Of a DNA stretch of 64,000 bases, positions 37,611 to 51,761 are shown piece after piece; the first letter of the stretch is position 1; the number at the start of each line of letters is the position of its first letter. This stretch comes from Octopus vulgaris (lineage: Eukaryota), in the NCBI GenBank assembly GCA_951406725.2, contig OX597814.1, forward strand, positions 56,544,001 through 56,608,000, in the 5' to 3' direction. The notes under the pieces were generated by a model, which saw nothing but the letters and a program-made list of their open reading frames with translations, was not told the DNA's origin and did not search any database. Made by a program: the position numbers and the translations under genes.

Positions 37611-37665
37611 ATGGCTGATAAATGGCCCAACACGAAGGATGCTTTTGAGCTGAGAGATGTTATCG
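37611..37665 (+). CDS. OXSR1: First coding exon of an OSR1/SPAK (OXSR1/STK39, Drosophila Fray) STE20-family Ser/Thr kinase
   Basis: aaaatATG..., translating MADKWPNTKDAFELRDVI-G, then a perfect donor G|GTAAGT (phase 1) at the first Gly of the GxG loop. Matches Fray WPNSKDDYELRDVIG and human OSR1 W..NRDDYELQEVIG as recalled. Confidence 0.88.
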
Positions 37666-40047
37666 GTAAGTCCTTAACTACCTTTCATATTTTTCTTTCT
37701 ACTCTACAAACCTCCTTTTCTCTATGTATCTACATATCTATAGATTTCTTTAACACGATTTTACTTAGATTATTCTCACCAGTAAAATACAGAAAGCTGT
37801 CATACATCTCTCACCACTCTTGTATTAATATGGAAAAAAAAATTAACTGTTTCACTAGTTAGGCGTTATGTGAATTGAGTTATTAGCTTTACTTTCTTTG
37901 TATATTTATCAGCAAACATATATGTTTTACTCATTTTCGTTGCTAATTTCATAATCATATACATTGATTATCTTTTTCCTGTTTTAATTGCTCTATCAGT
38001 GAGTTTGTTACCAGTGAAATACTGAACATGCTCCTATACTGAAACTAATGTGCAAGTAAACAGTTGTTCTGTAGTATTCTGAAATTAACCCCTATGATAG
38101 AGACGAGTAATAGTTTTTAACGTACACTGTTTCACATACTCATGGATGGACACTAATATTTCTACGGAATATCTACAATATACTATGTCTGTGTATAATT
38201 TGTGAGAAATCAATAGTTATGCGATATGTATGAGAAATAATCGCTGAGATATTGTACATTTTATAAATTGTCTTTCATGGATATTACTGAAAAGAAATAG
38301 AATAACACAATGTCTAATCATTATACAGACACGCGCGTAGATATATATTTACACTGACACCTGCACACACGAACACAGACAATTCATAAACTCATGCACA
38401 CGAGTACATCGGCACAATATTGTCAATATTATTACAACACAAATAAGGAATCGATTTGCAAAGCAACTTCGATCTAAATTGAAGGAAAAGCTTGCTTTTT
38501 GAACCTTATTAAACACTGTATACTTACATATATACATACATACAGGGAGAGAGAGAGACTTATATATCTTAACATCGGCGCAAGGCTATACATGTCAGGT
38601 TGATGTAGGCAATTAAATCAATCACTGAACTTGATTTATATGTCTTCTTTTGCAACGGCTATATAAACACTTTATTAAAACCTTCATAAACACAGTCCAT
38701 TATTCACACGTCTTTGGGTTATATATATATATATATATATATAAATTTCGCTTTAAGTCTCGTAGGTGATCCACCAAAAAGTATGGATCAGTTTCTTATG
38801 TTTGCATCTATTAAACTAAACCCTGACTTTGTAATCTACTAATCTTTTTTCGTGTACATTACTATTTTGACTACGATTTTCCTCCCTTTTTCTCGTTATA
38901 TTTTTGGAATCCTTTCTCATAAGGGTGTACTAATGATTGTCTTTTATCGCTATTTCTACTTTTATGTTTTGTCTTCTTTGTTTCCCATTTAATGATTTCG
39001 CTACCAACATGTTCTTAGGTGGAAGACTTAATCCGTTGTCCAGTTTAACTCTCACCGTTTGATCTTTGTGTGTGTCTTTTTATCAGAGCCCGTCCTCATG
39101 CAAGCACTCACCTCAGATCTCTGATCTGTTAACTTCCTCCCATCAATCACAGTGGTCCTGAAAAGGATTATGATCGCTTCCCTTAGTCTCTTTACTGAAC
39201 CACTCTGAAAAAATAAAACAATATAAAAAACAACAAAATTGAGGTTATGTTAGAGAAATGGATATTTTCATTAGTACTTCGTATATTGTTTAGGGAAATG
39301 AACATTGTGTTCTGTGGCGTTCATCCTTTTCCCCACTTTCCGTAAGTGGAAAGCAGTTCCTATTGATGAACATAAAAGACAGAACTTAATGTCAATAGAA
39401 ATATTGGTGCACTCGAAACGCAAAGACGGACGACGATTCTGTCAGCTCGCCGCCTTGATTTTGGCATAAGGGCAGCAATTTCGAGGGAGGAATTGAGTCG
39501 ATTGTATTGACTACAGTGCTTCACCGGTGCCTACTTTATTAATTCCGAAAGGATGAGAGGCATTTGAACTCATAAGAGGTATTTGAACTCATAACGTAAA
39601 GACGGACTAAATGTCTCTATGTATTTCCCCTGGCGCGCTAACGATTCTGCCAACTTAGAGCCTTAAGTGTCAATAGAAATATTAAGAAGCTTTAGTAATT
39701 AACGTAAATTTTGTATTTATTTGTGAAAAAAAACAACTTTTTTTTTATACCGCTTTAAAAAAGTCTGCATTATTTTAGCATTAAATTCAGAACTAGATAA
39801 GTAAATTGAAAAAAAATAAAAAAATCAGACTAATTAGGATCAAAGGATTTACAGCTGCCGTGTGTGTCTGTGTATAGTTTGCATTTGTTATTAAACCTTA
39901 ATCCATAATAAACTGAAACAGCTTTTTAAATTTTCAGTAAGTAGAACAAGATAATGTTTCTGAATACAAACAATATATTTGATACCTTTACAAATGCTAA
40001 TAATATATATATATAAATACAAAATGGGACAAGAACGCAAAACATCG

Positions 40048-40265
40048 TGGCCAAAAGTCACCCGACAGTAAATCAGAATTCCATAAATACTTAATATTCA
40101 ATTTTATTTATTCATTCCAATAATGAAATGTTTAATAATTGAATTCTGTGAGTTAAAATCACCGTTTTTTTTTTCAACATTTATCTAAGTCTCACATAAA
40201 ATAATTTTTTGTTTTAATCTTGGAATTAGATTTTTATTTATTTATTGTCAGGTGACTTTTGGCCA

Positions 40266-40270
<5 letters not shown>
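40048..40270. mobile_element. MITE with ~26-bp TIRs (Tc1-like)
   Basis: tggccaaaagtcacccgacagtaaat ... atttattgtcaggtgacttttggcca, followed by (TA)n. Confidence 0.65.
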
Positions 40271-40304
<34 letters not shown>

Positions 40305-43300
40305 CAGCTACTAATCCCCTAACCACAATCGATTTCTGATAAAAAAAATTAAAGGAAACTTTTTTTTTCCAATTAGAAAAAAAAAAAAAAAAAAAAGAAA
40401 GATCAAATTCTGAGCCTCTTATGTTTAAAACCTAAAAACTTCTGACGATATGTTTCAAAACGGAGATAATTTTTAAAATATTATTCTAAAACAAATGCTG
40501 AAATTTCAGCTAACTACTTCTCCCTCTCTTTAAAAAAAAAAAAAAAAGAAAAGAAAAAAAAAAGATTAATCCCTTTCCCTAGTGCTTTTGAAACATTTAC
40601 AACACTTGAAATCGAAACCGGATTGTTGGAACTTAACTCTTATGCTATAAAATCTAACACGTAGTGTGTGTATGTATGCGGATGAATACATGCACACACT
40701 TATATGCTTATGCTTTGTGTTAGGCGATTAAAAAAATCCATTACGCAAAATGTACTACGATTTAGTGAGTTGTTTATTTCTTTTTCCCCCCCTGGTTCAC
40801 AGACTATTTCTCTCTCTCTATCTCACACACATGTGTGTGTATTATATATATATGTGTGTGTGTATCTGTATTGCTCGGTATCAATACTTTACATTAGTGC
40901 TAAATCAAATGTGCATGCATGTAAATACATGCAAAATACACTAGGAAATTACTTAAAATAAATATCAAATGTGTATGTCTGGTTAATACATTAATATATG
41001 TTAATTCCCTACATTATCTCTCTCTCTCACATACACACACATATATATACACATACATACACACACACATATATGTATGTGTGTATATATATATGTATAT
41101 ATATATTTATGTGTGTGTGTGCATATACACACACACTTTAATGGATGGGAGAGAAAAGATGAATTGGCTAAGTTGTCATTGTCAGGTAGATTGCCTTGCA
41201 GTATTTGCTCTGGTTCTCTGTATTCTAAGTTGGTGAGGTGAACTTAACCTTTCATCCTCTCGGACTTGATAAATGTACCACTCCTGTACTGGGGTTAATT
41301 CTTTAGTTTCTCCCTCTGTATCTTTTTGTATTTCTGTGTTTATCTCTTTCTCTGAAAAGAACTGACTGCGGTCTGTCTTAAAGAGCAATGGTCCTACGAT
41401 GACGTTATAAACAACAACAAAAAAAAAAAAGTAAAAAGAACTAATAACGTTATTCATTCTTTATCAATTGTCAATATCATACTATGGGCTAAGGCAGTGA
41501 GCTGGCAGAACTGTTAGCATGTTGGGCAAAATGCTTAGTGGCATTTCATCCTTTTGTGTTCTGAGTTCAAATTCCACCTTTCATCCTTTCAGGGCCAATA
41601 AAACAAGTGCCAGTTGAGTCCTGGGGTTGACGTAGCTGACTAGTCCCCTTCCCTGAAGTGGCTGCTTATGTGACAAATTTGAAACCAGTATCATATCATA
41701 GGTTGTCGTGTGTGTGAATATGTGGTGGGTAATATGTATTTTGGAAGTTTGTTGCTTTTTCCAAGGAAGTCTTTAAAAACTGTTGTGTTGCCGTAGGTCA
41801 GCTGTGGTGTGGTAGACCTATTATAGGAAGCTGGGTTCAATAATCAGGTGAGGCTTACATATGCCATGTCTCTACCAAAATGGCAATACCATGCACTCCA
41901 GGAAGACATGCAATGAGGTGGTGAAATACGATATGACAAGGGACTGAGACTTTTGGTGAATTGCTGTGAGTGAGAAGATACATCAAGCTAAGTGAAATCA
42001 TAGTTGTGGCCAATGCTTGTGACTTATGAAAGGCAACTGTGCCAGTTACATGTAAAAGACACCCTCTACATTCTGTGGAGTGGTTGGCATAAGATGGGCA
42101 TCTGGCATAGAAACCAAGCCAAAGCAGACGTCTGGAGTTTGGTGCAGCTTTTAGGCTTGTCAGCTCTGGTCAAACTGTCTTATCTATGCCAGCATGGAAA
42201 ACAGATGCTAAATGATGTTTTCAGAGAGAGAGAGAGATGTTCCCGCTATTTTTAGCAAGTCAAGTGATCATTTAGAGGCTCCTTTGTTAGCTCTAGATTT
42301 GGGTGATTGTCACAGCCAGAAGAGATGAGTGGTCTCAGAATGTAATAGTATTCTTTTGCGCCTACCAATGATGGTATGGGCATTAACATGATGCTTATGA
42401 CTATTAATATTGTAGCTCTATTTTCGTGTGTATGCATTTGTCTGGGCAGTGGACAGTGATATAGTAGGTTATCGGCAAAGGATGGTTTGGCAGACCAGTG
42501 GAAATTGTCCCATTCTGGGTGTTTAGTTTGGGTTGATTTTTTGCATATAAAGTCAGGAAGTATTCTGTGGCAACAAACTTATTTTGTATTTTTAGTATTT
42601 CTTTTTTGTGTTGGTTATCTAAGTACAGCTTGTTCAAGTTAGCATGGCTGGTGGATGAGGTTGTTCTTTGTCATTTGTTGTGATAAGTTTTTATATGGCA
42701 CTTGTGAGTATTTGAATGAGCCTCATCTACGTGCTAGCACCCAAATCTCTTTTAAACTTCACACTGCTATTTTAAAAGTGGAATACTGTGCTACATAAAT
42801 TCTTCTCCAAAATAATGTCAGAAAAGAAGATTGGATCATTGTGGCTGGAATGCTGGCTGAATAATAAAAATTTCCAACTCTGTTGTGGCTTGTTTACCAC
42901 CTCTCTTTCTCTCATATTGTAGTTGATCTTCTTTTTCTGTCTGGAGAAGCATGAAAATTGTATCGTTTCAACATGTACCAACAAGCAGTTCAAGTCATTT
43001 TGTGAAGAAACTTTTTTTCATAATATGTATTTGTTGAGGATAATCATAACCATTGTCAACATTTACATTCTTTGGGCATCTGATTCTCACAACTATTTGT
43101 TTTAACCCAAACCTTATACTATATCATGTATGACTTCAGAATCATTCTCATTTCTTTTTAGAAATTGCTAGTTTGCCTAATCTTCAGTATTTTTTATTAG
43201 TCACAGGCGAATGACCATGCCCAAACCCTTAGCAGGCCCTCTTGGATTTGTGAAATTGATGCTGGTTAATATTTTGAACTTCTGTTAACTTGACATCTGC

Positions 43301-43904
43301 AGCAGTTACATGGACAGATAGGGAATTCCAAGAGACTAGTTGTTCTTATCAAGAATGGGCAAAGTGTTTGGCATGGAATCTGTGAGGCATAGGAATAACT
43401 GTAGGAGAGGCGAGTGTATTTCTGTGCGAGGGAAGTATGCTGCTAGCCAGTTCAGAGGTTGTTGTAGAAGAGGTGAAATTAAGCAGCTGCAAGCTGTAGG
43501 TTTAAGTGGGTGAAATCTTTACTTTTCAACCAAGTGGTCTTTTGGATGTGATTTAGAATGTGTGTGTAGCACACTTTTCCAGGTATGTGAATGGTATTCC
43601 AATGGAGCTCTTATTTGGGCTGTGTCATCATCCTCAATTTTGGCAAGCTTTTAAACTATCCAAGCTGCATTAGTTGTATGGGAAATGATTATGGCGATGT
43701 TATATATGAAAGTTTGCCACGAGAAATCACTTGTCCCCATTGCTATATTGCTATATATTAATGCCAAGCTAATTTTCTATTGCTTCTTATTAAAAATGGG
43801 TGAACTTTAGAGAAATTTTATTGTAGTTTCTCCTTTTTGTTGTTATAGATTAGCTTTGACTTTTATATTGACAGTGTAATTATGGAAAATAACTTGGGGA
43901 GCAC

Positions 43905-44500
43905 TCATCATCATCAAACATTCATTTTCCATGCTGGCATGGGTTGGATGATTTGACAGAAGCTGGCCAGGCTCCATGTCTGTTTTGGCATGGTTTCTAT
44001 GGTTGGATGTCCTTCCTAACATCAACCACTTTACATAATGTACTGGGTGCTTTTAAGAAGCACTAGCATGGGTGCAATTATGTGGCACCAGTACGGGTGT
44101 TTTTTTACATGACACCAGCACCCACAAACCTGCAAGGTTGGAAGGAATGCTCAGCTGGAGAGGGATGCTGGGGATGGCTGTCTGCAAGGGTGGCCATTCT
44201 TTTACTCAGTGTGATGTGTGTTTTCAAGTACAGCAAACCATCAGGAGTCTCGGTCCCTTGTCATCCCTTCTGTGAGTCCCAACATCTGTAAATCCTTCCT
44301 CATCACTTCATCCCATATCTTCCTGAGTTTACCCCTTCCACATCTCCCCTCTACAATTAGAGATTAGCACCTCTTTATGCAACTGTCTTCATTCATATGC
44401 ATTACATGGCCATACCAGTGCAGTCTTCTCTCTTGCATGCTACATCTGATGCCTCATATACCCAGTTTTTCTCTCAAATTACACTCCTGTATACTAAATG
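43905..44500 (-). mobile_element. Decayed RTE 3' end
   Basis: Reverse complement shows remnants of RLHWYGHV..MNEDS.IK.C..L.VEG.CG.G..RK.WDEV plus the 3' UTR and (GAT)n tail. Confidence 0.75.
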
Positions 44501-46482
44501 CCAGTACAGTAGGATCTTACATTTGTAATATGAGTTGAAAAACATTAACCAGTTGAGATTATCCAAGTAATTGGCAGGCTAAAATTCCCTCTAGAGATAT
44601 TCAAAATCAATAAGCAAGGAAGATAATTCCAATGAGATCATTCCAATGAGATCTCTTTTCAAAATTTTTGAACCATATAGGTGCAGGTATTGCTGTGTAG
44701 TAGGAAGTTTGCTTACCAATCACATGGTTCTAGGGTCAGTCCCTCTATATGATATTTTAAGCAAGTATCTTCTACTATAACCCTAGACTGAACAAAACCT
44801 TATGAGTGGATTTGGTCGATGGAAACTGAAAGAAGCCTCTTTGTGTGTGTATATATAAACAGATATGTGTGTGTGTGTTACTGTCTCCTTGCATTGACAT
44901 CACGTGATAGTTGTAAACAGATTCACTGTCCTGCAAGCAGTGTCCTTTGTTGTCAGTCTTCTGTCAAAACATGCCTAGTTGTGGGGAAATATTACTTTAC
45001 TTTAAACGGTTGAAGGTTGGTGACAAGAAGGGCATCTGCCCATAGATAATCTTCCTCAACAAATTCCATCAGAGCCATGCAATCATGGAAAAGTGGATGT
45101 TAAAATGAGGATGATGATGAATCAATAGATAATTTGAAAAAAAGTCTTATAAACAAAACTAATTATATGAATGCTTGTATAAAGTGATTTAAGTACAGCA
45201 TCAGAAAGTACAACTAGTTTCTGGAAGCAAAAGAATGACTGATTAATTAAAAGTTTAAAATTATGTACAATTTATTAAGCTGTTGTAAAATAGTTTTCCT
45301 TGGTATAGATGAATAAGAGAATAGAAATAAATCATAGATATGGTGTCTACCTAAGCCATGTCCACATATGTACATATATATGTATACACACTCACACACA
45401 CGTACGCATGCACACTCACACGCACATCCCTGCCGCATTATGGCTGCCTCAGGTTACAGTATTTCTTGCTTATAGAAATTGTAAAGTTTGACCATTATTT
45501 TTGGTACATGGCCTGTAATTTTGCTTGTACAAAAACTCATATTGTATAGTTTTAAATTATTAACTAAGTGCACTCTGCTGAGTGGTTGGTGATAGGAAGA
45601 GTATCCTGCTGCAGAAATCCTACCAAAACAGTCACAGAAGTCTGGTTGCAGGCTTCTGCCTGGCCAACTTCTGTTAAACCATCCCACCCATGCCAGCATG
45701 GAGGGCAGACATTAAATGATGATTTGAAATGGATTTGCTTATCTACTCTGTACTATATATTACTGTTGATGATATTAAGAAGCTACTCTTATGATACTAG
45801 GGAATTATTAATTCCCTAACATATTCCTCTTGGGAATGTTTTTGCATTTTCATGTATCTGTATTCTACTGTGTATGTTTAGAAATATTTATTTTCATGTA
45901 TAAAGGTGATCATGCTGCTTGTTGTCTGTTGTTTTCTTGTGCTTCTTTTATTCTACTTTTCTCCCCAAAAGTCCATAGGAATGCAATCTGACTTGAAAAT
46001 ATGAAAAGTATTGGAAAATTAATTTCACATTATGGAATTTCGCGTTGCAGCCAGATTTTCAAGAACGCATTATCTCCGTAAAGCAAGGGATTTCTGTGTA
46101 TATATATATATTAGTTGTTTAATCATGGGACTGTGGCAATTCTAGGACACTGTCTTGAAGGGTTTAGTTAAGTGAATCAACCTCATTACTTATTTTTTAA
46201 AGTCTGGTACTTTTACTGTTGATTTCTTTTGCTGAGCTGCTAGTCATGGGGATATAAACTCACCAACACTGGTGACAGGGGACAAACAAAGACACACATA
46301 TATGATGGGTTTCCACACAGTTTTTATCTACCAAATTCATTCACAAAGCATTGGTTGACTTGGGGTTATAGTAGAAGATGCCTGAAGTGCCACGGAGTGA
46401 GATTGAACTCAAAACGACATGATTGCAAGGGGTACCCTTTAACTGCATAGTCATGCTTGTGTCAGTAGGCATGCATTATATT

Positions 46483-46706
46483 TAACCCTTTTGCATTCAG
46501 ATCAATTTATCAAATGCAAATGCTTTTTTATATGCATTTCTTAAAATTAATCATGTATCTTGTAGCTTTCAGATTTTGATGGTGTGATTGTTTATTTTTA
46601 GATTGACGTTGTAAAGTAGGTATGAGAGGTTGGATTTACCAGTTTGAACATAAAACAGGGAGGATATATTGGCTGGATTTGTTTGGTTTAAATGCTATGG
46701 GGTTAA
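46483..46706. mobile_element. TTAA-CCCT MITE, second family
   Basis: ttaacccttttgcatt...aatgctatggggttaa. Copies at 55389-55610, 56122-56349 (opposite orientation) and starting at 63966. Confidence 0.6.
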
Positions 46707-47889
46707 AAAATCATTTATACATCTGCTTTTCATACTGGCCTGTGTTGTATAGTTTGACAAGATCCAATGGGTCAGTAGACACCATGTTGCTTCTTCATCT
46801 TAGCATGGTTTCTATGGTTGGATGCTCTTTCTAACATCAACCATATTACAGTTTATACTGGGTCCTTTTTTTCCTGGCATTAGTATTGGTGAGGTTGCCT
46901 TGTAATTTGCAAGACTACAGAGTTACTATATAAGAGGAAGAGAAAGGGCAGTGATTTGTGGTGAGGTGTTGAGAGATTAAAGTGTGGTGTGAGGTTTATT
47001 GCTTATTTGTATCAAAGCAAATCAAGTTGGTGCAGTTTGAGTTTCATAAAAAGGCGCAAAAACCTAAACATATATAGAAGAAAAAAGAAAATTTTGTTCA
47101 TATGAACAAATTTTAAAAATTTTCTGGGAAAGTACTTTTTATCTAAAATGCTGTATTAATTTACATAATTACTTTAAATGAATTATTTATCTATAACCTT
47201 TTCAATGTCTGATGCAGTGTTGGGTATTATTCTATACTTAGTTTTTCTGCCAGGAGTTAAAATATAAATTTTAGAGCCTCTGACCTTCTCGAAAAGGTGT
47301 CTGTGCAAAATTTCAATTGCCTTAATTACAAAACTAACCTACAAATTAGAACATACATTCATTTTTTTATTCAAATTTTATTGTTTTACATCAATTTTAA
47401 GTTAACTCCTGGTCAGCCATAAACCATCAAGCCTATAGTCAAAAGTGTTTCATCTGTGGGTATTCCAGTCATTATTTTTTAATAATAATGTATCAAAGAA
47501 TATATAGTCCAGTCTGCTCTGCATTCCAAAGACAGTATAATGTGATTGGAGTTAGGTTTGGTTGTCATGTCTATCTAGTCAAGGCTTTTATTGACTAGAA
47601 TATGTTTATTTGTTGTACTAATTGTTTTACAGCATACAACTTTTCTATTCCTAGCATGAAACACTTAACTGTGGAGTAGAACTTGCTTGGTTAGGCAAAC
47701 TTGAGCCTATGAACTTATCTGACTTGCTCAAGGACATAACATAGAAATACACAATAATATGGTACACGCAGACTCTTAATCTCATAGTCATTGTGTCTCA
47801 TACAGGGAAAATTCAAAATTTAAGAAATTATAATCTGATGTTATATAAATTGTCTGCTTGCGAGCATCATTGTTGTTTTTCCCAATGTT

Positions 47890-48310
47890 GTATATAGGTT
47901 AGGTTGGCATGCAGCATATCTAACCATGCATCGTGATTCTTTACCATCTGCTCTAGTACTTGCAGTATTGTAATGAACTGTGGGCTGAAAACTGTGCACT
48001 AAAGGACCCCCTTCATGCTTGCTAAACTCCTTGCAAATTCTAATCTTGCTCAATGCATCTCTCATAGCTTGTAGGACACTCAAGAGCCATTCATCTACAC
48101 CTAATGTTCTTTGTAATCATAACACTACAGAGCATAGGACCATGTCAAGCCTTTTCAGTGCAATGAATGCTAAGTATAGCAGGTTACTCATAGCTAAGGA
48201 CTTTTCCAGGAGTTGTTTTTGTTGGAAAAATGTATCTGTGATACCATGTCTTGTTACAAACCTGAACTGCATTTCATCTAAGCTAATTTTCTTCCTCATC
48301 ATTGTTTTAT
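47890..48310 (-). mobile_element. Decayed RTE RT fragment
   Basis: KKISLDEMQFRFV..HGITDTFF..QLLEKSLA.S..LYLAF. Confidence 0.75.
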
Positions 48311-50431
48311 CATTCTTTTTGTTATTTCATAATGTAGTCCATCAACATAATGTCTCTTCAGTTGTATTTTTCTAGAGGATCTCCATTGCTTTTGTTACAC
48401 TTACTCAAGGAAGATTTCCTGAAGTAAGCATTACAAATGGTCAAGTTATTTTCATTCATATATATTGATGAAAGATCTAAGACTTGTCACTGCCCCCTAC
48501 ATTCTCAAAAAGCAAAAAAAAAAAAAAAAAAAAGTACTGTTGCTCTTCAAAAGAAGTCCTTTGTGATATTCTGTGTTGAATTATAGACACTCTTTTGTCA
48601 TCATCACTGTCAAGAAATAAGCGAACCAATGAAGAAATTGAGCTTCAACAAGGTTATATGACTTGCTAGAAATAGTCAAATTTTGAAATCAAGCATCTTA
48701 AATAAAGAGGTATACATTGGACCATGTAGTCTCTGATATACAAAAATATGGGATAGACATTGTTGGAATATCTTTAGAAATCTGTGAGCACAGATATTCT
48801 TCAGAATTGTGATATAAAAGAAAATTAAGGTAAAACTATATAGAAATAATTCCATGAACTGTGATTTTTTGATCAATCTGCTTTATCCCTTTTATCATCA
48901 TATTTCTTCTGAAATACGCTGCCTTTGTTTTAATTAATTATGAAAATAAGGAAGAATTTTAGTAAGTTAACTTTGTCATTAAGTTGGTATTTGTGGTATG
49001 AATTGACATGAAATCTTAATGGAGGTTTTTAATTTAAATCACTTTAGAACGGGAAACTTTTATCAGAGATTCAGGGGCAGTTTCAGACTGGCTGGTATCG
49101 AAAGGATTATAACAAGTATTGGAAAAAGGGTATTGGTCGCTAAAAGAAAATGAATTTCAACAAAGTTACATGACCTGCCAGAAATAGCAGTCAAATTTTG
49201 AAATCAAACTTCTTATTTAAAGAAATATACATTGATCCATGTAATCCCTGATATACAAAAATATTGGATGGTCATTGTTGGAATACCTTTTATTCATATG
49301 TTTACTTGGTTGGTGTTGACTTGTTGTTAATAACAATAAATAATAAAAAAAAAATAATGAAAGATTCAGTGTTTTAGAATTCATTTTGGTACCATTAAGT
49401 AAGCAATTCTCACTTTGTTTACTTCATTGTCTAAAGCCACTTATTAAACAAATCTTAGTACTTTTTTTTGACCTTGGTCATTTATTCTTCTCATTAATTT
49501 ATATTCTTCCTTGGAATGAAGATTTTGGACATCTTCCCATGGGTTTTTGTAATCCTGTGAGTGTTGAGAATGGTTTTATTGATGAATCCATAGCCAATAC
49601 TGCTAATTGTTGGTATATATTATCTTTGAGCTGTTTTTAGTGTCAGCATTTCTTTTATATTACAAAAATGGCATTTTATGTATTGAAGATTTGGGTATTT
49701 TCCAGTATATTTCTATTAACAGGATGTCCTGAACTGGAATTATTCGAACATTAGAAACAGCCCAGTCTGTACCTTAGACAGAAGAAGCAGAGTAGAGAGT
49801 CCATTCTATAGTGTATGTAGACAGACAGGAAGAACCTTTTATTTTTCTTTAATAAGCAGCTTGTTTTCACAATCTTTCCATTCATATTTACTTTTTTTTT
49901 TATTTTGTTTTTAATGCCTTTTTGAGTTGAAGTAACCCAATACCCTCAGTATTTCTCTGTACTATTCTCAGTTATGAAGAATTTCTATACTTAACCTGTG
50001 ACTATTCTTGTAAATGCACCTTTTCTTTCATTCTTTCTTTCTTCTTTTTTTTTCATATGCATCATTCTGTTTCATAGTCTGCACATAGCAATGTAAGCAT
50101 TGATTCGTTCCTAACATACACTTCACTTAGCTCTCACATTCATGCCTCTTACACAAAGCTGACAGGAATGTAGTTATGACAGTAGCTTTGCCAATTAAGT
50201 AAGCCCACGTGTTATGTATGTGTTGTAATTGAGTTATTCTCAGATTTGTAATAGATTCGGATTGAAGTTAGACATAGGGAAACTTATGTTGTGAGAATTC
50301 TTTGCATTCTTATCATATAATTAGAGTGCTTGTTTTGACAGGAAATATTTTCAGTTAACTAATCTACATAATTTTTTTCATTTCAACCAGACTTTCCTAT
50401 CTATGTAATCTATCTTGATCGATTGATTATT

Positions 50432-50474
<43 letters not shown>

Positions 50475-51728
50475 CATATAGAGAGAGTGAGAGATACAGT
50501 TTTGTAGTGTTTAATAGTTAAGGAAATATTAACATATTAAATGTAGAAAGCATTGAAGGGCAAATTAGAAATAATTATTCATTTAGAGGAATGCAAATCT
50601 AATTAATAGTTAATATTATTTTAACTAAGTGCACTTCTTGATACATGGTTTTTGAGTTCAGTCTCACTGCATGGTACCTTGGGTGAATGTCTTCTATTAT
50701 AGCCCCAGGCCGACCAAAGCCTTGTGAGTGAATTTGGGAGGCAGAAACTGAAAGAAACCCATCATGTGTGTGTACAAGCAAGTTTGTATGGTTTGTAAAC
50801 AGTAGCTTCCTGATGTGTCATTTGCTTGCAGTCCACTATGAAAGCATGTCCAGACTGTTTGTTGTTTGATAACTGGGAGATTATTACCTTGCTCAGAAAC
50901 AACTGGAGGGTTGGTGACAAAGGGCATCCAGTTGTAGAAAGCTTGGTTCCAACTTACTTTTATCTGACCCATGCGAGTATGGAAAAGTAGACATTAAAAT
51001 GGTGGTGATGGTATAATTGGGTTCAGTCCTGCAGTGTTGCACTTTGGTGTTGGTGGTGTGGGGGCAAGGAATCAAGTTTCTATAATAGCCCTGGACCAAC
51101 AAATACTTCGTGAGTGAATTTGATAGACTTGATCAGAAGCTTGTTGAGGGTGTGTGTTTGTGTTCGTCTCTCTCACTGTTTGACGACTGGTGTGGATTTT
51201 TTTTTATATCACTCTAACTTAGCAGTTCAACAGAATAGAGATTGAAAGGATATGTACCATACTTAAAAGAAAATATGGACTGGAATTGATTTTATTGACT
51301 AAAACCCATCAAGAATAGCTACAGCTAGCCCATTGATTTATCATCATCATCATTTAACGCCTGTTTTTTATGCTGGCATGGGTTGGACGGTTTGACAGGA
51401 GTTGGCCCGGCAGAAGATTGCACCAGGCTTCACTGTCTGTTTTGGCAGGGTTTTTCTGGCTGGATGCCCTTCCTAACACCATCCGAATTTATGTTTGTTA
51501 AATATATTCTTTGCTTTTACTTGTTTCAGTCTTTTTGACTGTGGCCATGCTGGAGTACCACCTTGAAGGATTTTAGTCTGATAAATCGACCCTAGGACTT
51601 AGTAGTTTTTTAAGCCTAGTACTTATTCTATCAGTCTCTTTTGCTGAACCACTAATTTATGGGGACGTAAACACACCAACACCGGTTGTCAAACGGTGAT
51701 CAGAGGACAACCACAAAGACTCGCACAG

Positions 51729-51761
<33 letters not shown>

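Noticed and set aside
37563-37862. 99-aa ORF from the ORF track
   Set aside because: It starts at a TTG and reads through the GTAAGT donor into intron. Only 37611-37665 has kinase similarity.
42280-43200. RTE-X-like LINE remnant (NHPLPI, VGAKEYYYIL)
   Set aside because: The similarity is too fragmentary to support without a search.
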